Shown: positions 11,241-21,655 of the stretch, piece by piece
Layout of the letters: each line of letters begins with the position of its first letter
Position numbering within the stretch: position 1 is the stretch's first letter
DNA from: Naegleria gruberi
Lineage: Eukaryota
DNA: 64,000 nucleotides
Reading direction: 5' to 3' (one strand)
Assembly: GCA_000004985.1 (NCBI GenBank)
Contig: GG738850.1
Notes under the pieces: generated by a model
What the model was told of the DNA's origin: nothing
Database searches by the model: none
Seen by the model: the letters and a program-made list of their open reading frames with translations, nothing else
Position numbers and translations under genes: made by a program

Positions 11241-12311
11241 TCAATTCAAATTGCAACCAATTGCCTTGTTTGTTTGCACCTTAATTGAATGTAAAATTGG
11301 AGTTAATTTGGCAGTTAACTTGGATGGAACCTTTCCATTGGCCTTTTTTGATTCATCCATCAATAATACCAAGTCAACTGGAATTGCAACTATTGGAATG
11401 GCACTTTTAATCATCAATCCTGTTAAACTCATAATACCTGTGTGGCCATTAGTCAATCCATCAGATTTATCCAAATCTTGATGCTTGTGGCCTGTCAGAG
11501 ATTCAACAAATTGAAGAACGTTGACATTTCTATTACCAATTTTCATAACTCTACTATCAATGTATGGATCAGTCAACCTTTGTTCATAAATCTTTCTAAT
11601 CATTGCATTTACTGCTTGAGTATCCCTTTGTAAGAGTTCTTGAATGGACTTGGCTGATTTCTTGGCATGTTTCCATTCAGCAATTGATGCAGCAACTGTT
11701 GCTGTTGTTCCCACACCAACACAACCAATACCAGCACCTGAGGCAATTAATGAAACACCAAAAGTGAAAGGAGCAGCTACGATACCACCAAGAATCAAGG
11801 AAGCTCCAACAATATTGGTTTTTGTACCTTTCACTTTGGTCTTTGCTGTACTTTGTTGTTTCTTTTCTAATGATTGGATTAAATTGTCCAGCATTTTAAT
11901 GATTTCCAATCGTTGGACAAGCCACTCATTTGCAGATTGTTCAATGACAGCAAATCCACAATTTGGATTATCAAAATTGGTACTTTCAAATGTTGGGGTT
12001 TGAGGAAGAATTACATTGGTCTGGAAATTTGTTTGTTGACCACCTTTTTCATAGCTACTATTACTGGTTGTGGATTGAATTGGTTTAAAGTTATTGGTTA
12101 GTTGTAATGGTTGGGGAGTTATTGGTTGTTGTACAAATTGAGGATTAGAAGTGATAACTGGAAAATATTGAGCGTTTGGTTGTGGATACATGTATTGAGG
12201 AGGATTAGGTGGGTAAAGTTGATATTCTGGTGGTTGATAATTCACTCCAGGTTCTGTAATGTTTGGTTGAGTAGAGAAATGTGGATATTGAGGAGAAACT
12301 TGTTGATGCAT
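11241..12311 (-). CDS. Hypothetical membrane-hairpin protein with N-terminal P/Q/Y-rich region containing PPxY motifs (PPEY, PPQY)
   Basis: Long ORF. The N-terminus is a low-complexity Q/P/Y region with PY motifs. The centre has a glycine-zipper hydrophobic hairpin, IVGASLILGGIVAAPFTFGVSLIASGAGIGCVGVG, reminiscent of ApoL-like or pore-forming helical hairpins. No confident family assignment. Confidence 0.35.
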   Translation of the reverse strand: MHQQVSPQYPHFSTQPNITEPGVNYQPPEYQLYPPNPPQYMYPQPNAQYFPVITSNPQFVQQPITPQPLQLTNNFKPIQSTTSNSSYEKGGQQTNFQTNVILPQTPTFESTNFDNPNCGFAVIEQSANEWLVQRLEIIKMLDNLIQSLEKKQQSTAKTKVKGTKTNIVGASLILGGIVAAPFTFGVSLIASGAGIGCVGVGTTATVAASIAEWKHAKKSAKSIQELLQRDTQAVNAMIRKIYEQRLTDPYIDSRVMKIGNRNVNVLQFVESLTGHKHQDLDKSDGLTNGHTGIMSLTGLMIKSAIPIVAIPVDLVLLMDESKKANGKVPSKLTAKLTPILHSIKVQTNKAIGCNLN

Positions 12312-12603
12312 TTTGTTTAAATTGTATTGAATAGAAAATAGATCATGAGTTTCTGATTTATTCTTTTCCTCAATTCCTTGTTTTGTTTCGAATTGAGGTA
12401 CACCAATGTCAAATCTATAATTCGAAACCCGACTTCAATTTAGAAGGTTGACTCTCGATTTCAAGGAGAAATAAATTTGAGCGCAAAACAACGACAGCCG
12501 ATATCTCTTTCTAAAACTGCGAACTTCAAATTGTCCACATTTGACTTGCAAGAATCAAATATTGTTTCATCAATGAATGCATGATCATTGCAATTCAGTT
12601 TTA

Positions 12604-13425
12604 TCACAAAATGTTAACAATTTCATATTCAATGCAATTATTTTCTTGTTTTATTTTGTTCATTGTTGAACTAATTGATTTGATATTATGTACATTTGAT
12701 TTTCTTTCTTTACTACCACTAATTATGTCAATAGTTTCAAATTCAGATAATAAACCATGGTAGTTATTTATCTTATCAGTGATTGATTCTTGTTTGATGC
12801 TTTCCACAGTGAATGTTGATTCGTCTTGTTCCGATTCTTCTTCTTGTTCTTCAGAACATTCAGGGAAGCATTCATCAAAGATAGATGATGAAATTGAAAC
12901 ACAACTCAATGGAGTTTCTTCATCATCATCTTCATAGGAATAGACTGAGTAGACATCGGATGAATTATCTTCATCAGATTCTTCGCATTCATCGTATTGT
13001 TCATAAGTAGTAGAACAATCACTATTGTTGTTATCAATCTTTCTTAAACTATCAATGAGCAATTCTCTTCTCATATATTCAGAGTCGAATGAATCACCAA
13101 GATCATTCTTCCAAGACATGATGATATCATCAACTCTTTCAATTTCTTCTTCCATATACCAGAGATCCATTTCTAAGTTGTTTGTTATTAGGAAAGTCCA
13201 AAATTTTCTATGTATATTTGATGATTTTGAACTAGTGTTCGAATATTCTTCTTCATGCAAAAGCCTTGTTATGCTATTTGAGTACAAGTAGACTTGATGT
13301 TGTCTCTTTTTTTTTGATTTGTATCGTTGCTTGAATTTGCAGTGAAACATTTTAAACCTACGCTCTGTTGCATCAATAGCGCGGACGAATGAAATTGTTG
13401 AACGTGCTTTGATGAGCTGCTTCAA
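12604..13425 (-). CDS. Hypothetical acidic (D/E/S-rich) protein
   Basis: 273-aa ORF with ATG at 13425. Strongly acidic C-terminal half and no recognisable domain. May continue in a downstream exon. Confidence 0.3.
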   Translation of the reverse strand: MKQLIKARSTISFVRAIDATERRFKMFHCKFKQRYKSKKKRQHQVYLYSNSITRLLHEEEYSNTSSKSSNIHRKFWTFLITNNLEMDLWYMEEEIERVDDIIMSWKNDLGDSFDSEYMRRELLIDSLRKIDNNNSDCSTTYEQYDECEESDEDNSSDVYSVYSYEDDDEETPLSCVSISSSIFDECFPECSEEQEEESEQDESTFTVESIKQESITDKINNYHGLLSEFETIDIISGSKERKSNVHNIKSISSTMNKIKQENNCIEYEIVNIL

Positions 13426-14029
13426 GTCACATCATCAAACCAAGAGCGCAATTTTCTTTGTTCCTTCCGCACTGTATTTTACCTCGTGAGGAAGCGTTGA
13501 TGGCTCACTTGCTACGTGTTTGCTGAGGTGGATGAAACGTTTGAAAAAACACGATCACGTTCTATTAGAGGTCAAATTGATTGTGCTTGCGCAGCAGTAA
13601 AGGACTTTCTCGTTGGATTCTTAGTTGCATTGGCGATGTTATCTTGGTATGGAAAACGTACGATCATGTCTGAGAATCTCAAATTGATAATCGTTTTGAT
13701 ATGATTGAGGTTAAAGTGTAATAATAGTTTGTAAAATGATCCACCTATTTTGATTAGATGAACTAAGAATCAGTTCAATCAAATTGAATATTGTAGATTT
13801 TCAAATCATAAACAGATGGCAACTTTTGATTGAGCATTTTGATTCTGAAATTAAATCACTTCTTTGTTGAAATTTCCAGCTTGTGATTTATTTTCCAATC
13901 TCCAATTTTTTTGAGTTTGGACAAAGATACTCATTGGAAGGTCAATATTCGAAACTCATCTAATGATACAGAAATTCAAAACGGAATAATTCAAATTGTT
14001 GACTATCTTATTACAATTATTTAAAAAAA

Positions 14030-14883
14030 TGTCGCATGCACCACAAGAAGAAACACTTGTGAACACAAGCAGGAAGGCTACAAATTTTCTCTTCCTTACA
14101 GATTACTTGATTGGAGGAGCTTCTCGAGCCATCGGAAGAACATTAACAGCACCAATTGATCGATTCATGATTCTCCTTCATCACCCAGAAAAACCCAAGT
14201 TTCCGCAAGCTTGTTTCTTGTTTTGGAGAGGAAATTTACTCAACATGATCAAATCATTCTTTCCAAATACTGTGGTTTTTAATTTTGCCATCAAGGATTT
14301 GATAAAGAGGCAGAATTATTTACCATTTCAAGCAGTTGATCAGAGAGGATATGGATTTGTGGTGAATCAGTTTGTGAGTGGTGGTTTGGCAGGTGCTTGT
14401 TGTGAATTTGTGAGATTCCCTTTTGATAATATTATGAAATTTAGGGTGGGTCAATTGGGTAGTGGAATGGAAAAGTATTTCGGATTGTTTAAAGGGGCTG
14501 GTATTTCAGTAATGAGCGCAATGGTTTATCGTTCGTTATATTTTGGATTAAATGATTCATTGAGAGAAGTGAATACTTACAGGAACGATTTGGGAGTGAA
14601 AGGAGTCATATCTAAATATGGGATAGCTCAATTAGCATCAGCAAGTGCTTGGATTATGAACAGTCCAATTAGCACCATACATAGAAGAATGATCATGCAA
14701 CAACAATATTCCCCCAATCAATGGCATTATAATTCCTCAATAGATTGTTTCAAAAAAATACTACGAAACGAAGGAATTTCCTCCTTCTTTAGAGGCTTGA
14801 GATTTTCGAACACTATTGGGCCTGCAGTTATTTTGACTCTCTATGATCAAGCCCATTGTTACTTATTTGAACAGGAGAAGTAG
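14030..14883 (+). CDS. Mitochondrial carrier family protein (divergent ADP/ATP-carrier-like)
   Basis: Three-fold repeat with carrier signatures: GGASRAIGRTLTAPIDRFMILLH (Px[DE]xx[KR] motif), GGLAGACCEFVRFPFDNI, and the SAWIMNSPISTIHRRMIMQ repeat. The first real ATG is at 14030 (MSHAPQEE...). Single exon. Confidence 0.65.
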
Positions 14884-15301
14884 TCCATGTTATTGTCTAG
14901 TAAAGGTTGTCTTCCTGATTATACCAAAAAAGTCCACAATAAGGTGAAATGTATTGAGGAGTTAAGGTACAGTTCGAAGAGTTTGTTCAACTTGAAGGAT
15001 TAGTAAACAATTCTAGGATTTGCCATGTTGAGTAAGTGTCCAAAGAATTCCAGCCAGAGTTGTATTATTATCTAGTTTTTGTGTCAAACCTATAGTTCCA
15101 TTTCCATAGCTAGGTTCTACATCAGGTACAAGTACTCCAATAACTGAACTTCAAAATTGCTGAATACTGTTAACGAAATTTAGTTAAATTGTTACTATAA
15201 TCAGATTTAATCTGGATTGTCTCTGATTATGTAGTTTTTGAAAAGAAGACAAGTTATTGAACTTTCAGAAAGACTGGTTTAAATAAACCAGTCCAATAAA
15301 A

Positions 15302-16282
15302 ATGCCAAGAACACTTTTCTCTGCACTTCCACACGAAACACTTCAACACATATTATCTTTTGGAGTTTGCAATCTATCTTCTTGCAAAAGAGAGGAACTT
15401 TATTCATGTATTCGATTTGTTTCCAATTTTCAATCTTTAAACAAGCAACTTTCTTCCGAAATGCAACGCTATTTTAATGAATTTTGGTGGCTAGTAGTAA
15501 AGAAAACAGTTGGATATAATTTATTATTAGAAACTGAGTATAATCAATTAAAAGAGAAAATGATTGAAATTGGAGAATTAAAAAGGAAGGCATTAATTGC
15601 TAAATATATTACAAGAAATGCTCGTACAAGATATTCAGATGTGAGATTGTTAGTATTTGGCTATAAAAAAGTTGGAAAATCAGCAATTACCATTCAATTC
15701 TTACAAGGAGTTTTCATATCAGAATATTCATCATTATGTGACGATTCCTATCGTAAACCATATGAAGTAGATGGCCATTACGGATTACTAGATATTCTAG
15801 ATTGCTCTACAGATGCTGATCCATCATCTGCATTGAGGGATGGACATGTAATTTCTGGAAATAGTTATTTAATTGTTTGGGATGTTTCCAATACAGAAAA
15901 CTTATTGGAAAAGACTGACACCTTGTTAAGCCAATTATTCGAACTCAGATTCATTAGGAATACTCAGGTTATGAATAACTTTCCAATTGTATTTGCTTTG
16001 AATAAGACGGATTTATTAGAGGATTCCAATGGAAGTAATGTTATAATTGAGAAATGCAGAAATGCAATTAATGAAGTTATCAGAAAGAAAGAGTTGAATA
16101 ATTGTGCAATTATTGAATGTAGTGCTAAAAAAGGAGAAAATATACATTCTTTATTTGAAGAGTGTGTGAGAAGAGAGAGACTAATGACTGACCAAGATCA
16201 TTTATCTTTATTGAAGAATGTTTTGACACATGATTCGAAATGCATTCACCGAAGCACTAACAAATCATGCACCCTTCATTGA
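15302..16282 (+). CDS. F-box-like N-terminal domain fused to a Ras-like small GTPase domain
   Basis: ATG at 15302. N-terminal LFSALPHETLQHILSFGVCNLSSC...LYSCIRFV fits the F-box consensus. GTPase motifs: G1 GYKKVGKS, G4 NKTD, G5 CSAKKG. The switch II region is atypical. Confidence 0.55.
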   Translation: MPRTLFSALPHETLQHILSFGVCNLSSCKREELYSCIRFVSNFQSLNKQLSSEMQRYFNEFWWLVVKKTVGYNLLLETEYNQLKEKMIEIGELKRKALIAKYITRNARTRYSDVRLLVFGYKKVGKSAITIQFLQGVFISEYSSLCDDSYRKPYEVDGHYGLLDILDCSTDADPSSALRDGHVISGNSYLIVWDVSNTENLLEKTDTLLSQLFELRFIRNTQVMNNFPIVFALNKTDLLEDSNGSNVIIEKCRNAINEVIRKKELNNCAIIECSAKKGENIHSLFEECVRRERLMTDQDHLSLLKNVLTHDSKCIHRSTNKSCTLH

Positions 16283-16460
16283 CTTGTACAGAAATAACCT
16301 GTCGTTAACTCATCCTTAATCAATATCAAGATAAGAAAAATCATTGCATCTACCACGACTGTCCAATATTGTGTTTTCAAAATCAAGATTGAATGTTTCA
16401 ACAAGGTATCAATCAACAATCAACATATAAAGTGATTTAGTTGCCTACCACCAAGAAAAA

Positions 16461-17921
16461 ATGTCACAACATCATCACAACAATACTAGACCCAATTTAT
16501 TAGAAAATATTCCTTTGGAAGTTTGGCAGAGTTGTATTTTTGAATATTGGCTCGGACCCATTCATGAAATCAATCAGTGTTTGGATAAATTGAATATTGA
16601 TGAAATTGAAAAGTTTAAAAATGTAATTTATTCAAAGATTATTGATGGATTGGATTTGATGAGTGTGCGGAGTGTTCATAAACTTTGTTATTTGGTTTCT
16701 AGGAGATTTAGAGAATTGTTTATAAAGGAAATGGACGAGTTTTGGTTGAAGGTATCGAATATGTTGGAGATGGCTGTTTATTGGAGAAGGTATGAAACTT
16801 CAAAAGGTGCTACATTAGCACAGGGTGATATTACGGCCATAGATTCTATTCCCTATGTGCAAATGCAAAAATTAATTGAGGCCACTGAAATGAATCTAAA
16901 TAGAGAATATACTGATATTATTGATCCATCCATGTGTAGAGAACACTGGCATAATTCAAATATTAAAAAAAAGAATGATGTAAATACGGAGCTGATGCAT
17001 CAGGAATTTGTAAAGAGATTTGAAAAATTAATCATCTCTCAAGAAAAATACGAAAAGATTAGAAAAGTAACTCAACTCGATAGCTATGATTTGTTTTTAC
17101 ACAAGTCATTTATAATATCATTGGACATGATTTCATATTTCGATAGTGAAAGGTCTAATTCAGGTTATTCTAGTTTTAGCACTGAGACTCAATGTCAATT
17201 ATTCAATAAGGGGCTCTTTTCCTTAAAACCTAACCCTAACTCTCTTGGATTAATTATTTCACATGCAGAAAACTCAGAGGAAGTACTTAACATTGATTCA
17301 AAATTCATAGCTATTTCAATTTCAAACTCTGAATGGGCAGAAAAGCAGTTTACAAACATTCCAAATACTGTACAATATCTATGTCTTGAATTCAATCATC
17401 ACTCCTATTCAGGGTATAAGAGCTTGATAGATAAACGCCTATTTGATGAGAATGATCCTGTATTTCCCAATGTTCGTGATCTAACCATTAGAATCGGATA
17501 TCCTGAAGATGATGACTATTTCCTCCACAATTTAGTCATTGAAAAGAATATTCTTTCTGGAATAACAAGGACGAGATTTCCAAAATTGATAAGAATTTCA
17601 ATTTGTGGCTTTGGATCAATGGAATCTCTGTTAGATTGTGAAATTTTGAGCCAATTACCTTATGTGGAAATTATTCAATTCTCTCATGGATATGATTACG
17701 AATTGACTCGTCATTGGTCAGAAAGAAAAGTTCATGAATTAGTAACAAGACATCAAGATTCATTGATTCATCATTTGGTAGTTCATGCATGTATTAGTAG
17801 AATCAATAATGATGCTGATTATGGTTCAATTAAGGAATATTACAATCTCAGTAAGCCAAAGTTTGTGGCTTCCATTTCTCATTCCTCATTCAATGAATAT
17901 TACGAAAATTGCTTCGAATAA
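16461..17921 (+). CDS. F-box domain protein, hypothetical
   Basis: ATG at 16461. N-terminal LENIPLEVWQSCIFEYW...LDKL matches the F-box pattern. The rest has no assignable domain. Confidence 0.45.
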   Translation: MSQHHHNNTRPNLLENIPLEVWQSCIFEYWLGPIHEINQCLDKLNIDEIEKFKNVIYSKIIDGLDLMSVRSVHKLCYLVSRRFRELFIKEMDEFWLKVSNMLEMAVYWRRYETSKGATLAQGDITAIDSIPYVQMQKLIEATEMNLNREYTDIIDPSMCREHWHNSNIKKKNDVNTELMHQEFVKRFEKLIISQEKYEKIRKVTQLDSYDLFLHKSFIISLDMISYFDSERSNSGYSSFSTETQCQLFNKGLFSLKPNPNSLGLIISHAENSEEVLNIDSKFIAISISNSEWAEKQFTNIPNTVQYLCLEFNHHSYSGYKSLIDKRLFDENDPVFPNVRDLTIRIGYPEDDDYFLHNLVIEKNILSGITRTRFPKLIRISICGFGSMESLLDCEILSQLPYVEIIQFSHGYDYELTRHWSERKVHELVTRHQDSLIHHLVVHACISRINNDADYGSIKEYYNLSKPKFVASISHSSFNEYYENCFE

Positions 17922-18146
17922 ATTAAGTGGCTTGATTAGAATAGTAAAAACTCATATATTTGTATCAGTAAACAATGGTATCCCAATTTTCAATTTTTTG
18001 TTATCCTTCACAAATTAGTAAATTGTGTAATTTTTAATTAAAAAAAATTATCGCTTCACCACCCACTCGCATGATTCTTCATCAATTAGTGTAATTCGGA
18101 ATCAAATAATCTTCACACAAAATTATCATAATCATCGGGTGTAAAA

Positions 18147-21100
18147 ATGGAGCGAACATTATCATCGACAAATTGGAATAGAAAATTTAATTGTTCCGAA
18201 CAACGACAACGATCATCAATTCATATTGTAAATTATTTAATAGTGATAATTATTAGTTTTATTCTCATTAGTCATGGAATTAATTCAGTGATGGGAAAGA
18301 TTAGATATTTTGATACAAATAGTTTATTTGAACAAAATTATGTTCACTCAACGACATCAACAAGTGCTTCTGATGATGATGATACGGATTATTCGGCCCT
18401 ATTTTCAGATACATCACCACAACTTTCACTATTTAATATTCACAAGATTATTTCAGCGAGATTTGTCTTTTCAAAATTTAACGAGTTTATTTATTTACCA
18501 TCGAAATCTAATTCTACAATGGTGTTTTACTTTTTGACAGTTCTTAAAGATGGATTTGTCAAAATTGATTGTGATGGTGTTATTAACACAAAGGATTCAA
18601 CAATTTCAAGTACACTTGTAGTTGGAAAATATAATTTGGAAGAAGAAAAAGTTGTTTGGGCTGCCAAGCAAGAAATTCAATACTTTTTCGGTAAACCATT
18701 TGCATACGTAACAGAAAAAGATGAGATTATTATCAGTTGTAATATCAAAGATGATCAAGGTATTTTCTCAAAAAAGTTCTTTTCAGTGAATGGTGTATCA
18801 ACAAAACAACCTTCATTCGTCAACAAGAATACTGCACGAGAAGTCAACATTGTCATGGAAGGTAGTATTGATCGATTTTCTACTATTGGTAATCAAAGTG
18901 AAGGGTTTTTAGTGTTTGGTGCTAAAAATTTGAGAAAAACAAACTCTCTTTACGATTCTAAAAAGGAGACTTTGCATTTAGAAACATCTGTTATGGCTTC
19001 TTTTTATGCTGATGGATCACCTAGATGGAATGTGAAATTAGGTATGTGTTTAGTTTCATTTTTATATTCATAATACTGATCCAAGTTTATGGAAATATTG
19101 AGTTTTTTGAGCTTCTTTCAGTTAAAGTAGTTAGTTTATCAAATAACACTATACCCATTGTTGCTTGCTTTAATTATCTTGGAAGTGGCAGCCTAAAAAC
19201 TTTTGAGAGCCTTCAGGATACCTTTGTAGCACAAACAGATTCAGGATTCGAAAATACTAATTTCAGACTTTTTTCAAAGTACTTTTCAGCTGGAGTTTAT
19301 AGTATTTCTGAAACAGGGGTGTTTTCAGAACTATTTTCATTAAGAGCTTATCCTACAGGTGATTCAACAAGTGCCAACATTCTTGTTAAAGGGTTTTACT
19401 ATGACAAGGACAAGAAAATCTACATTTTATTAATTTATATGAAAGGATATCTTACTTTTTCTAAAACCAGTCATGGAGGATCCAATATGGAAGGAAATAT
19501 AATTTACACATCTACCAACAGAACTGGAGATTATATTCTTGTGAAATATACTGAGGGAGGTACTCCAGTATGCGTTCCTACATCATACATTGGTGATGAT
19601 CCTATTGTAACTACAAATTATTTTATCAATAAGAGAGTTTCTATTGAATCCTACAATAGTTCAAAGCTGCATTTGGAAGTGATAGATATTGAAACAGGAA
19701 CTATCAGGGATAATTTGGCAATTGACATTCAATCCGAAGACCCGTATGGCATTCAGTACGAATTATTTTATGAAAAGAGAAGATATTTAATTGTAAGAGG
19801 AACAACTCAAAATAATGGAACAATATTAATTAATAACAAGTTTTATGTAAAGCCATCAAAGGGTCAGTCAGAATTGGTATTTGTTCTGTACTTGAATACT
19901 CACCCAGAATATGGTAAACGTGAATTGGAATGTGATCAACAACTCAAATGCAGAGCGGTAAGTTTGAATTTTCAATCATTTTTAATTGTTCGATTAGAAT
20001 GCAAATGACAAGATTTGTCAAGCACATGGTATTTGTAATATGGAACAAAAATGTGAATGTGATGAATTCTATATGGGAGATTTTTGTGAAACATATTATA
20101 GAAATACTTTTATAGCAGTTATGGCAACTGTAGGAGTCATATTGATTACTCTGACAGGAAGTGTTTTAACAGGCATCGGAATGTATGCTTACAGAACAAT
20201 AGCTAAACGTCTAAAGCGTTTGCAGAGCAAGGTTAAGGCTGAACAAGAATTGGAACAAAAATTATTGGAATTTGTTGGACTTAATATTAACGAAACTACG
20301 TTTAATTTCAAAACATGGCTCATTCCATTCGAACAATTAACAATTGACAGAGAAATTGCTAGCTCTAATGGAAGAACAATTTTCCAAGGCTCATGGAAAG
20401 GAACATCTGTTGCCATTAAGAAGGTTAGACTAGAAGATTCCTTTGATTACCATGAGGATACTAAGGAATTGAACCTGGATAAAACATTGGAAAGAGAAGC
20501 AGCCATTTTGAGTAGAGTTAGACATCCTAATATTTTGAGATTCTGGGGTTTGGCATTTACTCAAACTGAACAATTTTTAGTGAGTGAGTTATTTACCTTG
20601 AGTATGGATCAAATTATTGATGAGGCAAAAAGAGGAGATCTCTACATTCCAATCCTTTGTAAACTTCAAATTCTACACGATATTGCATGTTCAATGACCT
20701 ATTTACATGAATTTGATCCTCCAATTCTTCACAGAAATTTAAAACCATCCAATATTATGGTAAGTTTTCAGGAAATTTTATTGATTTTCCTTACAATTTC
20801 AAGTTGAGTGAAGACGTCAGATATGGAAAAATACTTTCTGCTGTAAAGCCAAAAATCGCTGACTTTGGATTGTCTACACACTTGAGAGAAGATAATGTTC
20901 TTACGATGCAAATCGGTAATGTTCTATACTCAGATCCTCTCATCTTTAAGGGTGAAAGATATTCTGAAAAGTGTGATGTTTACAGTTTCTCAATGATAAT
21001 GTACGAAATGTTTTTTGAAACAGAACCATACAAAACTTCAGATAAGGTTGGAGAAATTAAGGAAAATTATAATCAATACTCAGTTCTTCCAAACAAGATA

Positions 21101-21343
21101 TCTGAAGGGTACAGACCAAAGATTCCTTTCACAAAAACTCTTGAATCGATTGGTGATTGGATGGAATCTAATTTAGAGTTAATCAATGAACGAATTACAG
21201 ATCCAGAAAATTTAGCAAAATGCATCCAATCCTATTCTGAACTAATGAAGAAATGTTGGTCTGGTGATCAAGATGAAAGACCTTCTTTCCGTGCCATCCA
21301 AGTTTCTATCCAGCAAATTATCAAAGCTTTGGAAATTAAATAA
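18147..21343 (+). CDS. Receptor-like TKL-type protein (pseudo)kinase: signal/anchor, large ectodomain, EGF-like Cys motif, TM helix, kinase domain; 4 exons (18147-19041, 19122-19957, 19998-20759, 20804-21343)
   Basis: Introns 19042-19121 (GTATGT ... CAG), 19958-19997 (GTAAGT, 40 nt) and 20760-20803 (GTAAGT, 44 nt); phases verified. EGF-like CQAHGICNMEQKCECDEFYMGDFCE. TM helix FIAVMATVGVILITLTGSVLTGIGMYAY. Kinase motifs VAIKKV and IADFGLS are present, but the catalytic loop reads HRNLKPSN (Asn replaces the catalytic Asp) and the Gly-loop is degenerate. Confidence 0.65.
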
Positions 21344-21655
21344 TAATATATTTAACACTCTTACTGTGCCTATTACATACCTTATTATAGCAAGAATACC
21401 AAATTTACCTCATTACAGCTCGTTATCATTAAGGAAGAGATGAAAAACTGAACATGTCTGCTATTTTTATGTAGCAATGATATCAAAAATTAAAAGGGCA
21501 CAAATCAATAAAATATATTTTCTTATCATTTTTTAAAAACAAACGCTAAACACAACAGCACTGCTATTTTTCAGCGACGTCTTGGACTTTTGGAGAGGAT
21601 CCATCATCATAAAAGCAGCAACAACAACAATAACAACAGTATATAATAATTGAAG

